Positions 1-13,029 of a DNA stretch of 64,000 bases are shown here, in pieces. The stretch spans positions 70,184,001 through 70,248,000 of the forward strand of contig OX597815.1 of NCBI GenBank assembly GCA_951406725.2, written 5' to 3'. The DNA comes from Octopus vulgaris. Lineage: Eukaryota. The position numbers and the translations under genes were made by a program. Positions within the stretch are counted from its first letter, which is position 1, and every line of letters begins with the position of its first letter. The notes below the pieces were generated by a model, which worked only from the letters and a program-made list of their open reading frames with translations, was not told the origin of the DNA and did no database searches.

Positions 1-764
1 ACTGTATGGAAGGCTTTATTGAGTTCACATGATCTTACAGCACTTGGACATCTTCCTGGTGGGGCCAGAGTATGAAGGTATCATCAACATATCACCGCCA
101 TAAGGTTGGTTTTGGTGGTGTTGATCCTAAAGCCAAATTCTCAAAGTATTCCATGTATATATTGGCTATTATTGGTGATAATGGTGAACCCATAGCTAAA
201 CCCTTTTCTTGTCTATATATATCTGAAGTAGGTAGTTTCTACACAGAAGGTCAATATTTCTATCAAGTTTCTAATTGGTATACTAGTGTGTTCTTTTAGA
301 TGGGTGTCTGTCACTAGTTTTTCTTGAATCATCGATAGTGCTTCACCAGTTGGGACTTAGGTGAACAGACTTATCACATCTACACTCACCATTTGGTTGC
401 ATTCAATGGGGGTATCTTTGATCAATTCTGTGAAGTGGGTGGAATTCTTCACGTACAATGTTGACTTTCCTGCTAATAGACTGATTATATCCACAAGGAA
501 GCGGCTCAGTGGATCTCATGCTGAACCTCTTCAACTCACTATATGTCTTAATGGAATATTATCTTTGTGAATCTTAGGAAGACCGTACATGTGTGGTAGT
601 TTACTGTAGTGTTGAGTCAGTTGTCTGTACTTCATTGGTGTAAAGTGATCCTTGTTCTTGATCAAGATCTGTGACAACTTCCTCTCTATTTTCAAAGTAG
701 GGTCTTTATTTACTTTGCTCTAGCTACCATCACTTATAAGACTTGCCAGTTTTTCCGAGTAGTC
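1..764 (-). mobile_element. Penelope-like retroelement reverse transcriptase remnant (stops/frameshifts; runs off window start)
   Basis: Manual minus-strand translation gives DYSEKLASLISDG...DPT..., MYGLPKIHK (564-590) and YVDDTF (74-91), motifs typical of Penelope-like RT; in-frame stops are present. Confidence 0.85.
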
Positions 765-950
765 AGAAAACAACAACAAAAACATCAAAAAATGCCTTAG
801 GAATGAGAACCCAGGTTCGAAATTTCCCCAAGACACCTGGAGGGTATGTCAGCCGAAACATTGTGTTAACAACAAACAAGATGAGGACAAATATCCGTCA
901 ATCGTAAATAATGTACATAATTCCCCATTTCTTAAACATAGAACTGTAGA
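765..950 (+). repeat. Dispersed repeat with a deleted hammerhead core (second copy ~57190-57295)
   Basis: Shares 'ctggagggtat..cagcc.aaac..gttaac...aaacaagatgaggacaaatatcc' with the 57206-57290 copy; GAAA at 855-858; CTGATGA core mostly deleted here. Confidence 0.7.
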
Positions 951-1623
951 AAACAGATATTTGAAGAGATTCCATGATACAATCAGATACCAAAACAACA
1001 AAAGAATCTTTAGTTGTCAAGGACTATAGAATTTCTCAAACAACAATAAATACATTATTAATATAGATGGAGGGAAATATGAAGGCAGGTGAATTGACAG
1101 AAAGAGTACAATGTCATATTCTGAATACCACAAAACCCTGCAGGGACTCAGAGCTGTGCATGAGAAATAATTTGAACAAACGTTATGTAATATACTATAC
1201 TCGCAAAAATTGGCTAGCTGCCTAATACTGGCAAGCAAACATAGGCGTGATATTATATGATAATCCAACCTAGAAATAAAATATAAATAAAGATGTAAGT
1301 AGGACAAGTATGCACATAATAAATGAGGTTTTTAAACAAACTGTATCACAATTCATTTTGTGTATGTGTGTCAATTCAATGTTTATGGATGTATGTGTAT
1401 ATATGTGTGTGTGTGCATATAAAGACAACTACAGGTACATCAGATGTCATACAACATAAATTTTTGATTTATTAAAATTATCTCTGTGTCCAGAAGAGGT
1501 ATCGTAATTACCAAATAGCAATTAAGATAAACTCCACTTCAGAAGGGAAGATAATCTCAAGATTCAAGTATTCTCCAAAGTTGATATGAAAAAGGATAGA
1601 TTTATTGTATGAAAAAAAGAAGA

Positions 1624-1672
1624 TAGTTGTGAACACATATTTCTGGCAAAATAGCCCTCATCAGTATAACAA
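1624..1672 (-). ncRNA. Hammerhead-like motif, partly decayed
   Basis: Minus strand reads CTGATGA-G-GGC-TATTTT-GCC-A-GAAA-TATGTG-TT; core boxes intact, but stems I and III are imperfect. Confidence 0.45.
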
Positions 1673-2829
1673 TTGTCTGATTTTATCTCTAGTAGCCAAG
1701 GGTCTTAGACTTATACGAAAAAAAGAATAGAATATATTTATAGCCAAAGAAACTTGCATAATGTTAGGTACAGGCATAGTTACGTGGTTAAGAAGTCACG
1801 TCTGAAACCATACAGTTTTGAGTTCAGTATCACTGCAAGACACCTTGAGCAAGTGTCTTCCACTCTACCTCTAGGCTGACAAAACCTGACGAGTGAATTC
1901 AGTAGATGAAAACTGATACAAGCTTGTCATACATATATGTATATAGGCGCAGACAAAGCTGGATGTGCTTCCAAGTGCCAACCACTTTACAATGTGGACT
2001 GGGTACTTTATAATGTAAAGTACTTATTAAACCTAACATTTACACATATCTGTATACATATCTGTATATGTCCATAAGTTTCATGTAGGTATATATAGAT
2101 GTAACTTAGTCTTTTTCTCTCACTTTCTTTCATTCTTCTGCATCTGTGCAACATAAATCTTTTCGATTAGTTTCTGGGACATACAGATAAACACTACATC
2201 ATCATTTAATGTGCACTTTCCATGCCAGCATGGAAAGTAGACAGTCTGACAGGATCTGGCAAGCTGCAGGGCTGTACTGAGCTTCAATGTCAATTTTAGC
2301 ATGTTTCTATGACTGGACACCCTTCCTAATGCCAACCCTTTATAATGTGTACTGGTGCTTTTCTTGTGACATTAACACTAGTGAGGTTACCAAGTAACTT
2401 GCAAGAAAGAACAGGAAAAAGTCCCCACAACTAAGTGGAGGAGGGATATCGAGAGTGGGGAGATGGTTGTATGCCAGGTGTGGAGGCTAAGAAGTAAGAC
2501 GGAGGGATAAGGCTCAGGTGTCTTGCTATACAGGGGATACATGCCAACACTACATTACATAAGGGTGGGTGAGAATAACTGGAAAGAAGATAGATGTGGT
2601 AGTGACTAAATGCCAGAGCAGCTCAAGATACAAAGTGATGTGAAAGGAGAGTAAATGATGGGTAGAAATGGGGGTAGAGGTGAATGTAGGGAGTAATAAA
2701 CAAAGATGGAGGTGTGGTTTGAAAAATACTAGTAAGGAGCGGACATAATGTGAGAGAGAAAGAGAAAGATGGCTCAGAAAAGATATTGAGATGTACATGT
2801 TATACCACAATCACTATTAAGCATGAGCT

Positions 2830-3018
2830 TGTATTTTGCTTGCTTGACTTGCTAGAAACAGCCAAATCTCCCTCAAATCACAAATCTACTGTCTTAAAAA
2901 ACATGTACATTAGTTAAAATGGTCCTGGATTTGCTGTACACAGGAAAAACTTTGGATGGTCATGGCTGGAATTCCCTTTGATCATAAGTCTGCCCAAATG
3001 GGATTGACTTGCAATGAA

Positions 3019-3064
<46 letters not shown>

Positions 3065-3270
3065 TACTATCACCACAACCACCATTTCTATGCAGAGCAA
3101 CAAAGAAGCCTCTACATGGTGGCTTGACCTACTAGAAATAGTAGCTAATGTACTCAGATTTCATCCTTTCTTAGAAAAGAATATGTTGGATATGTGGTTT
3201 AAGGTTGGTTCCCTTCTCAGAAAAAAACAGGATGGTCACATCTGAAATTCCTTTGATCATAAGGCTAAAT
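2830..3270 (+). mobile_element. Two tandem copies of a short interspersed repeat ('gctagaaatagcagccaaat...ggatggtca...tttgatcata'), separated by (TAC)n
   Basis: The same motif recurs at ~8735-8890, 17930-18315 (pair) and 44650-45010 (pair). Confidence 0.7.
3019..3069. repeat. (TAC)n microsatellite
   Basis: Seen directly. Confidence 0.95.
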
Positions 3271-4049
3271 AACCACCACAACAACTACCACAACCATAGC
3301 CACTACACAACTTCTACTACTACCAATACTACAACTACTGACAGCAATGTGTAATCAAAAAAAAAAAAAAGACATTGGCAATGAAATGTGTTCAGAAAGT
3401 AAAAGGTTATCACGAGATTTACACTGAGAAAAATAGAGGTAGTGACTAAAAATAGAAGTTAAAATCACAACAGCAGCAGCATTAGGAGGAGGAGGAGTTA
3501 TACAAGTTTGCCAAGTAATAAGACTTACATAATAAACGTGACTGTATGTTGCTATTAACATTATACCTTGAAAACATATGGCCAGGGACATATAAACACA
3601 ATACTCACTCTCTCACACATGGCTGTGTATGCACGCAGATACACACACCACAGGTGATATGCTACTATAAAAAGTACAACAGAGCTTCAGACAGTAAAAT
3701 GTGGAACAAGACCATTTGCGGTATTTAGAGCTGTCTTTTTTTGCATTTTGAGTTCAATTCCTCTAGTGGTTGTACTTTTCGACCAAGACCGATGTGTAAT
3801 CAACATCATTTTAACGTCTACTTTTCCATGCTTGCATGAGTTGGATGAAGTTCATTGAACTTGATTTTCAACAGCTTCATGCCCTCCCTCTGGTCATCAA
3901 CTCATACCTGTTTCCTAGCAAAGTAATATTTTCCCTTAGCCTAACATGCTTCTGTAGAATATTGGAATATTGGGAATGAATAACACATGTCAAGACAAGA
4001 CATGAATACACACACATACACACACACACACAAATATACATACATATAT

Positions 4050-4264
4050 TCTTTTATTCTTTTACTTGTTTCATTCATTTGACTGTGCCCATGCTGGAGC
4101 ACTGCCTTAAAGGGTTTTGATCAAACAAATAAACCCCCCACGACTTATTTTTATCAGCCTTGTGCTTATTCTATTGGTTGTTTTGCCAAACCACTAAGTT
4201 ACAGGGACATAAACACACCAACACTGGTTGTCAAGCAGCGATAGGGGTAACAAACACAGACATG

Positions 4265-4311
<47 letters not shown>

Positions 4312-4597
4312 CAATAAGAAAATGGAGGAGAACAATAAGTGGTTCATCAACTTTTAGACATTATATTATGTTAACTTATTTATTTACTGGGTTGGATTCA
4401 CAACCTCTAACTTTCTTGGAGTTATATATATACGATGGGTTTCCTTCAGTTTTCCATCTACCAATCCACTCACAAGTCTTTGGTCAGCCCAAAGGCAATA
4501 GTAGAAGACACTTGCCCAAGGTACCACACAGTGGGACTGAACTCAGAACCATGTGGTTGGGAAACAAGCTTCTTACCACATGGCCATACCTGCGCCT
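4050..4597 (-). mobile_element. tRNA-derived CORE-like SINE (family B), interrupted by (TA)n and a unique insert
   Basis: Reverse complement shows a tRNA-like head 'gtggtaagaag...gttctgagttcagtccc' and the CORE-like 'accttgggcaagtgtc'; many other copies, e.g. 28590-28950, 36770-37010, 55200-55935. Confidence 0.75.
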
Positions 4598-5230
4598 ATG
4601 AGTGAGTGTGTGTGTGTGCACGCGTGTGTGTGTGCACGCGTGTGTGCGTGCGTGCGTATTTGCAACAAAGCCTCCATAAACTAGAAACCCAGAATTAGGG
4701 TCACTATGAAGAACAATTATACAATATCAATGTATGGTATAACAGACAGCAAAATCTTTCAAAATCCAAGAAACAAAGAACCCCTAAACAAGTTCAAACT
4801 TATGATAATGAAGGACAACTTAGAACAACCAGAACACAAGATATAAAAGATTCACAGACAACAAACACATCAAACATATACTTCCATCATCATCTGCCTA
4901 ACAGTTATCATTATGGTTCTGACACCTGGGCAGTTCCATTTCACATGGCAGTATGAACAACATTAAAAGCATAAACACTGCCTGAGAATCGAAAGACAAG
5001 TGGCAGAAGCAAATATTAGTGTACTATGTCCATTACATCTATACTTTCTTATTATCAATTTTTTAAAATGTTCAATAATATATTAAATTAACATCTGTGA
5101 CATTCAATTTATTTTTATATAACTTTATTTCTGTCCATTCCACACATTTATAACCCCTATGTCTACATTTTTGTATTGCATGTATGAAAGTCCCTTATTA
5201 GAGGAAAATAATAATAATAATAATAATAAT

Positions 5231-6090
5231 AAAGACACTATCAATTCAATAATACAACCTAAACACAAGACAAACTCTATACAGCAATTATTCAGTGAAA
5301 TAAACTTCCACCAGCTATCTAGTAAACCAATACATTACACACTCAACACAATACAAACAGTAATACAACAAAAGACTGCACCCACACCTCAAGAGAAATA
5401 AAAAAAACTGATGCAATACAATACTGGGAAGAGTTTGCACACTCCCAAGAACAGCAAAGAATACAATGCTGCACACACACCAGCAATACAGAGATGTAGC
5501 AGGTGAAGTAGTAGAAATTTGCCTGAAACTACCAAATGTTGAGCAATAATAATAATAAAATACCTCAAAATTGAAGTATCCAAGATGTGGGGCACGAAGG
5601 TGAAAACAATACCAGCAATAACTAGAACACTGATACTAAAATGTATGAACAAAAATGTAGAAGCTATACCTGGACCCACAATGCAGAGTACCCCAAAAAT
5701 AGCCCAGCTAGGAACAGCCCACATCCTACGAAAGACAGTGTCAATTCAATAGTACAGCTCAAATAAAACAATCCACAAACAAAAGACAGACTCTATACAG
5801 TAAATATCCAATAAAATAAACCACCTCCACAACATGTACTCTACAGGGCAGATACCTAACAGAAGAACACAATTTGCATTGTACACACAGCACAATACAA
5901 ACAGTAATACAACAAAAGACTGCAACGAAACCCCATAACAAAATAAACAAATGCAATACAATACAGGGAAGAGTTTGTACTCCCCTAACAACAAAAAAGA
6001 ACACACAATGTTGAGCACATCTCAGCAACAGAGGTATAGCAGGTGATGCAGTAGAAATCTGCCTGAAACTACCAAATGCTAAATAATAAT
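5231..6090 (+). mobile_element. Two tandem 5'-truncated R4/Dong-type non-LTR 3' ends in (AAT)n
   Basis: 5561-5752 translates YLKIEVSKMWGTKVKTIPAI...KIAQLGTAHILRKTVSIQ*; the 3' UTR is duplicated (5250-5544 and 5753-6080); each unit is bounded by (AAT)n. Confidence 0.8.
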
Positions 6091-6102
6091 TCTTATTATA
6101 TG

Positions 6103-7674
6103 TAAGGCAGTGAGCTAGTAGAGTTGTTACCATGCCAGACAAATTATTTAGTAGCATTTCATCCATCTTTATGTTTTGAATTCAAATTCTGCCAAGATTG
6201 GCTTTGCTTTTCATCCTTTGAGATTGATGAAATACATGTACCAGTTGAGCACTGGTGTCAATAAGTAACTACACTCTCCCACAAAATTCCTGACCTTGTG
6301 CCTATAGTACAAAGTTATTACTTTTATTATTATTATTACTATTATTATTGTTAACATGGTGACCTGGCAGAAATGTTAGCACACCAGGCAAAATGCTCAA
6401 CAGCATTTTAATCATCCTTATGTTCTGAGTTCAAATTCCACCATGGTCAACTTTGCCATTCATCCTTTCAGGGCCGATGAAATAAGTAACAGTTATACAC
6501 TGGGGTCAATGTAATCAACTTGTCCCCCTCCCCTCAAATTTCAGGCCTCATGCTTATTGTAGAAAGGATTATTAATATTATTATTACCTTCGCCTTAGCG
6601 AAGGCAGAGGTTGTTTTCAGTCATGTTTTCTTGTTTGTCCATGGGCAAGATATCTCAAGAACCACATGATGGATTCAGATGAAACTTTCAGGGATGTTTG
6701 GTCTAATGACTGGCATGAACTGATTAGATTTTGAGATCAATCTGGTACCGGACAAGGATTCTGGATTGTTTTTCCTGTTTTTTTACTTCATTTTTGAGAG
6801 CGGTCATTTTTCAGTATTCTTGTTTGTGAGAGCAGTCGAGTTTATTTCAGATATTCTCTGGCTAATCAGTTGGTGTTGCCTTGGTGGAGGTTTGTGCTAT
6901 CTGAGAACTCTTGTTATTATTATTTCTAAGGCAGTGACCCGGCAGAATCATTAGCATGCAGGGCAAAATGCTTAGCAACATTTTGTCTGTCTTTACATTT
7001 TGAGTTCAAATTTCACCAAGGCCAATGAAATAAGTACCAGTTATGCACTGGGGTTGATGCAATCAACTTGTCCTCTCCCCTCAAATTTCAGGCCTTGTTC
7101 CAATAGTAGAAAGGATTATTAATATTATTAGTATTATTAAGGCGGTGAGCTGGCAGAATTGTTAGCACACCAGGATAATGCTTAGTGGCATTTAGTCTGT
7201 CTGCACGTTCTTAGTTCAAATTCTGCTGAGGTCAACTTTGCCTTTTATCCTTTCAGGGTCAATAAATTAAGTACCAGTAAAGTACTGGGGTTGATATAAT
7301 CAATTATCTCCTTCCCTCAACATTTCAGGCCTTGTAGAAAGGATTATTATTATTTCTAAGATAAGCACAAGGCTGGAAATCAAATAATTTAGAGATACTT
7401 TATTTTAGCATCCCTGGATAGATGAAAGGTAAAAATCTTCCCTGGTAGGGTTTGAATTCAGAATGAAATGGACTCTAACTAAATATTGGTTTTACATTTT
7501 GGCACAAGGCCAGCAGGTTCAATGGAGGGGGTAAGTCGATCACATCCACCCCAGTACTGAACTGGGGCTTATTTCATCGACCTCAGCAGTATTTGAACTC
7601 AGAACGTAAAGATGAATGAAATACCACTATGCATTTTGCCTGGCATGATGACGATTCTGCCAGCTTACCGCCTT
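6103..7674 (+). mobile_element. Head-to-tail array of tRNA-derived SINE family A with (ATT)n spacers; last copy (~7487-7674) inverted
   Basis: Repeated unit 'aaggcggtgagctggcagaat...gagttcaaattc...tttgcctttcatcctt...aagtaccagt...ggccttgtgcc...attattatt'. Confidence 0.85.
6582..6914 (+). mobile_element. Helentron-associated non-autonomous element (HINE/DINE-1-like)
   Basis: Starts TATTACCTTCGCC; near the end carries the complementary subterminal GGTGGAGGT followed by a short 3' tail; inserted in T-rich sequence. Confidence 0.55.
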
Positions 7675-7860
7675 ACTCTGCCTGGTTATACAGTAACCAA
7701 AATAATTGTTTTAGTCTGAGTAACTGTGACTGACTGAAACTCAACTATGTTGTTAGGCAACGTTGATAAATAATGAAACTGACACCTCTAATTATATACA
7801 TATGTACATATATGTGCGTGTCTACACACACACACACACAAACACACAAATACATATGGT

Positions 7861-8294
7861 ATTCCTATGGAATAGAGTCGGAAATTATCAAGTGTACCAA
7901 ATGCTGTAATTTCTTCAGACTGTGTGTTTTAAGCACCATAGACAACAAATTTGAAAAATTGATAAATATAATGGTAGCAGGACAAAGGATTTTTACATCC
8001 TTTCCTTTGCAGTAAACTTTCAGTTTTGCGTTTTTTTGGGTTTTTTTTAACATTTTTCGGTTTTACGTTGTGAATAATTTCAAAGAATCACAATCTCAGA
8101 TGTTTAAAACATAATTTAGGTGGGGAATTTTGAAAAAAATTACGGAAAAGCAGCCCTCCCCACCATCTCCACCAGCATACATTTGTTTTCTTTTTTTCAG
8201 ATTCGTAATCTGCGATACTTAAAACCATACAAGTTCCAAAGAAACAAACAGTTTTGGGCGTACCAGATAATATCCGACTCCATTGTATAGGAAT
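7861..8294. mobile_element. MITE / non-autonomous DNA transposon
   Basis: Imperfect ~50-bp terminal inverted repeats: attcctatggaatagagtcggaaattatc vs reverse complement attcctatacaatggagtcggatattatc. Confidence 0.7.
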
Positions 8295-9539
8295 GACACA
8301 CGCACACATAATATGGGTAAATAGTAAAAAGTAAGAACTGATAGAATGATATTCCATCTTCTCCTTGCCTAATTAAAAACAACCACTCTCATTCCAGTGA
8401 ATAATAACAGGTGTCATGTTGCTCTCCACATGATTCTTGCAGTAAAACGTAAAACAGAAAATATAGAAAGAATTTTTACTATGATGACGATGTGTTTACA
8501 TCTTCACGTGTTGTCAATTAGATTGTTATTTTGATCGTGTAAACACATTGGTATTCTAGAGATGAACGAAAACACACACACTCATGCACTTCGAAGTCTC
8601 TGTCAACACTTTCCTAGTAAAAATAAATATGGTATTCAATGGAAATGTGTTTAGTGATCCTTCACTTTAATTATATGATTGTTTTTTCAAAATAACTACA
8701 TAGAAACGTTTGTGTGTATCCTTTACGACGTAATTGCTCTATCTGCTAGAAATAACTGCCAGATCTCTCGCAACGGTGTTGCAAAGACAGAACACATTAG
8801 ATAATGCAGACAGCCCTACATATCTCTAAGATGGCAAAATGGTCTTTGGTCATAGGTCGGCCGGATTAGAGTTGGCCTTGGATTAAACGACACAGTGTGT
8901 GGGTACACGCACACACACACATATATATATACACATTTGTATGCACGTACATATATACATATACATATATCATGTGTGTGTATACACACACACTCGCATA
9001 TAACAGATGAGAAAGAGAGGAAAAACTGAAAGGAAGAGGAATATACAAGCACGTGCAATCAGGGGTAGAAGGTAGAAGCTGTGATAACGTTACTATTCTA
9101 AATAAATAAATAACCAAAACCAAGAATAAGGAAAGCAAGATTTCACTGAATAATAAATGTAGGTTGGAAAATACGATTTGTCTGAGGTTTAACACTTCCC
9201 ATCTCCACCTCCAGCAGTAGCAGCATCACCATCATTGTTAATATTGTGGTATTTGTATTTCTTTTTTTAAGAAGTGTGATTTTATTTACCAGGTCAAAAA
9301 CTGGTAGCACACCAGAGAAAAATATCAACAATACACAGCTTTGCAGATTTTAACAAAATATTTGAGTCGTTGACGCCAAAGGGACATTACATCCAGCGAT
9401 AGAAATGAAAACCGTGTCAAAAGGCTATCTTAAAAACGTAACGACGGTCTTTCAATAACTATAGCGTTCATTTTACCTTTGACGTCTCTATCCATGGGGT
9501 CTATTTTATCAAATCTTGGTGACGTGTATGGAGGTAGAT

Positions 9540-9770
9540 TCAACGTACCTGAAACTTCCTCAATAAATCTGGAGAAGGCTCACTGGAAGAAGCTTGCCAA
9601 ATACCAAATACCATTAGGTGGCTTTGGATGAAAAAAAGCAGACCAGGGGTTTGCTGCTATTGGGATGAATGCTGGAATTTGGATCAACCCCGGCTAGGAG
9701 TGTCTGATGTTGAAAAACCCGAAACCCAGTAAGATCCACCCCACCGAAACATCACCGATGATGCATCCCT
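9540..9770 (+). mobile_element. HERO-type (R2 superfamily, RLE) non-LTR 3' remnant
   Basis: RWLWMKK C-terminal motif followed by a 3' UTR 'ggatcaaccccggct...gtgtctgatgttgaaa.acccgaaac...aacatcac.gatgatg'. Confidence 0.5.
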
Positions 9771-11488
9771 GAGGATCCGTGAGATGCATCGTGGAAGTGT
9801 ATGTGTGTGTGAGAGAGAAGGGGTGGGGCACTCACTATGTAGCTGCTCGACTGCTAGAGATAGATGCCAGATCACTATCAAATCCCAGACCCGTTGAGAA
9901 GAAAAGTGAGTGGAGCAAGGCACATAGAATAGTGTAGTACTAGATAAATTTGTTTGGATAAAAGAAAAAGAAAGATAGAAAATTCAACTACAAGATGGTC
10001 ACAGCTAGAGGGCATTATTTATGTCTGTTCAATCAGGGCTCTCCTGATTAAAGTTAGTTTCGACTCTGTCCCGTGCTCAATGGTACTGGAATCACCTTTG
10101 CCCTTTATTAAGGAGAGGTTGATTAATTACCACTAAATATACATATCAATTCAATCAGCTATACCATTATCATCACCATCGTTTTAATGTTCACTTTTCC
10201 ATGTTTGTATGGGTCAAACGGAATTCGTTGACGCAAATTTTATACGCCTGGATGTCCTTCCTGTTTTCCCAACAAGGTAATATCTCAATGGAAAGACATG
10301 TCTCTATGGAAGATTGGAAACGATTGACTCCGCTTGTATGACAGTGACACTCTACAACTAACATGCAATGTCAAGCCAAGGAGGCACACACACACACACA
10401 CACATGTACACGCCGGGCTTGTATAAGTTTCTTCCCACTAAATCCATTCACAAGGCATTGATCAACCCAGGGTTATAGTTAAAGACACTTGATCAAAGTG
10501 CAGGGTAGCGGGACTCAATTTGAAACCATGTAATTGAGAATCAAACTTCTTAACTGTACTGTGTTGGATTGTTGCACTCGTGTTAGTAGCCCAGCTGTCT
10601 ACGCAGCGCTTCAGCAGAGAAACAATAGTGGCGTTGAAGCAGTCCTTGTATTTAAACTCATTGACGAATACAACGGCCACCCCTTGTTGATAGGGGGCTT
10701 CTAAATTCTTTAGAGAGTCAATTGCCAGGCCTCCAAACGTTTCTGACATCACACAGAGTGATTTCTAACGAAGCTCCCAAAGTCGCAGCGAAGTCAGTTC
10801 TGAGAGTAAAGAGGAGAAAGATGAATTGTGCGCCGAACTAACTGGAACGTTATTTATCGATCCTGAAAGGATGACAGGTGAAGTGGACCTCGATGAGATT
10901 AAGAAAGCAACCTGTTCGAAGAACTAACGATTCTGCCAAGTCTGTATCAGCAACCATTCACTCAATAAGTTCCAACATTCTAGCGAAACTGTGACTCTCA
11001 TAGCTTAGAGCAAAGGGCTTGAGCAGTTGTGAAGTCAACTGTCCCACAACTGCTTGGTACCAAAATTACTGAAACTGTTTGTCTACATTTTCAGCGTTGA
11101 AGAAAGAGGAATAGGTGTGATAGTGAAATGGTAACCTGCCATGTTGATCCGCTGGGGATCTTTTCTTTTTGAAAGCCAGATTTTTCTAGTTAACTAAATA
11201 ATTTGAAACTTCGTATACTGGTAGAATGTGTCAAAAGAAAACAATAATTTCAACTAGTTTTTTTGACAAAAATGTATTTTATAAGTTTAAACGTAGTTTA
11301 AATCTGCGAATTTTAACCAATCGTATTTTAAAAAAATAACATAAAATCGAACTGCACTCTTCAAAACTTGCACTAACAAGGTAAAATTACTACCTGCTTT
11401 TATAGCAAGTTGGTGCAGGTAGTTTATCCGTCTCCCTCCGACTTTTAGTTCATGCAATTGAAAAAAAATACGCATTATTTATAGCAAG

Positions 11489-11533
<45 letters not shown>

Positions 11534-12444
11534 ATGCAAATGGAATGAGGGGAACAGGTGGCGGACGACAGTTGGACTACATGAGAGATTACAACAGGTA
11601 GACAAAGATTCGAAAGGTGGTGAACAAAATGTAAACACACACGAAAAAATAGCATAAAAAGTTGTACATGGTGAATGTCGGTTGAAAATAAAGAAAAAGG
11701 TTAACGTTTTGGGACAGTCACGTTAAGTTGACAGTATACACCCACTCTATCGCTCCACCACCGCACATATCTCTATGAGATATTTAGAAATTTAATATTT
11801 CTGACTTTTATCAAAGTAAAATAACAAAGAAATAAGAAAAAGAATACCTGTTTAAAGCAGATACGTATATTTCAAATACATACTGTAATATATAATAGAT
11901 AGATAGATAGATATTATCATCATTTAACGTCCATTTTCCATGCTGGCATGGGTTGGACGGTTTGACAGGGGCTAGTTAGGCAGAAGACTGCACCTGACTT
12001 CACTGTCTGTTTTGGTAGGGTTTGTTTATGGTTGGATGTCTTTCCTAACACCAACTACCATACAGAGTGGACTGAGTGCTTTTTATATGGTACCAGTACC
12101 AGTGAGTCCTGTTTTGGCATGGTTTTTACAGCTGGATGCCCTTCCAAACACCAACTTTTCAGTATGGACTGGGTCCACCAGCATTGACGGGGTCACCAAG
12201 TAACTTGTAAGACAAAGATTCTTTGGGAGAGGTGTTGTGAAAGAGGTGGCTTTGTGCCAGGTGACGAGAGGTTGGAGTGTGGCAGAGGGGTAGAAACAGG
12301 TGTCTTGCTGTAGAAGAGATACATGACTACCCAGTCAGAGAAAGAGAGAGAAATCAAGAATGAAAACAGAAACAGGTACATTACTGTAAAGGAGATAGAT
12401 TATTCACCCAGAAGAAGCGAGCAAGAGAAGCAGAGAGATGTATA

Positions 12445-12692
12445 TCATCATCATCATCATCATCGTTTAGCGTCCGTTTTCCATGCTAGCATGGGTTGGA
12501 CGGTTCTACTGGGGTCTGTGAAGCCAGAAGGCTTCATCAGGCCCAGTCAAATCTGGCAGTGTTTCTACGGCTGGATGCCCTTCCTAACGCCAACCACTCC
12601 GTGAGTGTAGTGGGTGCTTTTTACGTGCCACCCGCACTGGTGCCAGACAGAGCTGGCAAACGGCCACGAACGGATGGTGCTTTTTATGTGAC
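12445..12692 (-). mobile_element. RTE-derived non-autonomous retroelement (family C) with (GAT)n tail
   Basis: Minus strand 'gttggcgttaggaagggcatccagc.gtagaaac...agcatggaaaacggacg...gatgatgat'; other copies at 26530-26810, 27110-27270, 37700-37950, 40290-40540, 47930-48105, 55305-55640. Confidence 0.75.
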
Positions 12693-13029
12693 CTAAAGTT
12701 CGAAGGTCGTGCTTCACCACCTCATATATATATATATATACATGACAGACTTCCCCACAGTTTCTGTCTACCAAATTCACTCAAAAGGCATTGGTCTGCC
12801 CAGAGTTATAATAGAAGACACTTGCCCAAGATGCCATACAATAGGACTAAAGTCCAAACCATGTGGTTGCAAAGTGCAGTTTCAAGTGTAAACCAAATAA
12901 ATTAACTAAGTATTTCAAATATTAACTTGTAATGACCAATAATACTTTCTATGAAAATAGTAAAATAACTCATAGTAAACTCTCATCATAACTTTTTCAG
13001 AATATAAAATATATCTATGTCAGACTTGG

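Noticed and set aside
5389-6166. Hydrophobic minus-strand ORFs resembling membrane proteins
   Set aside because: Antisense translations of A/C-rich R4/Dong 3' ends.
6103-7352. tRNA genes or a CRISPR-like array
   Set aside because: Units are ~200-bp diverged SINEs with tRNA-like heads; no cloverleaf, no repeat-spacer periodicity, and the context is eukaryotic.
8088-8357. ORF MEYHSISSYFLLFTHIMCAC... as a signal-peptide exon
   Set aside because: Most of it, including the candidate donor, lies within the right TIR of the 7861-8294 MITE; no recognisable homology.
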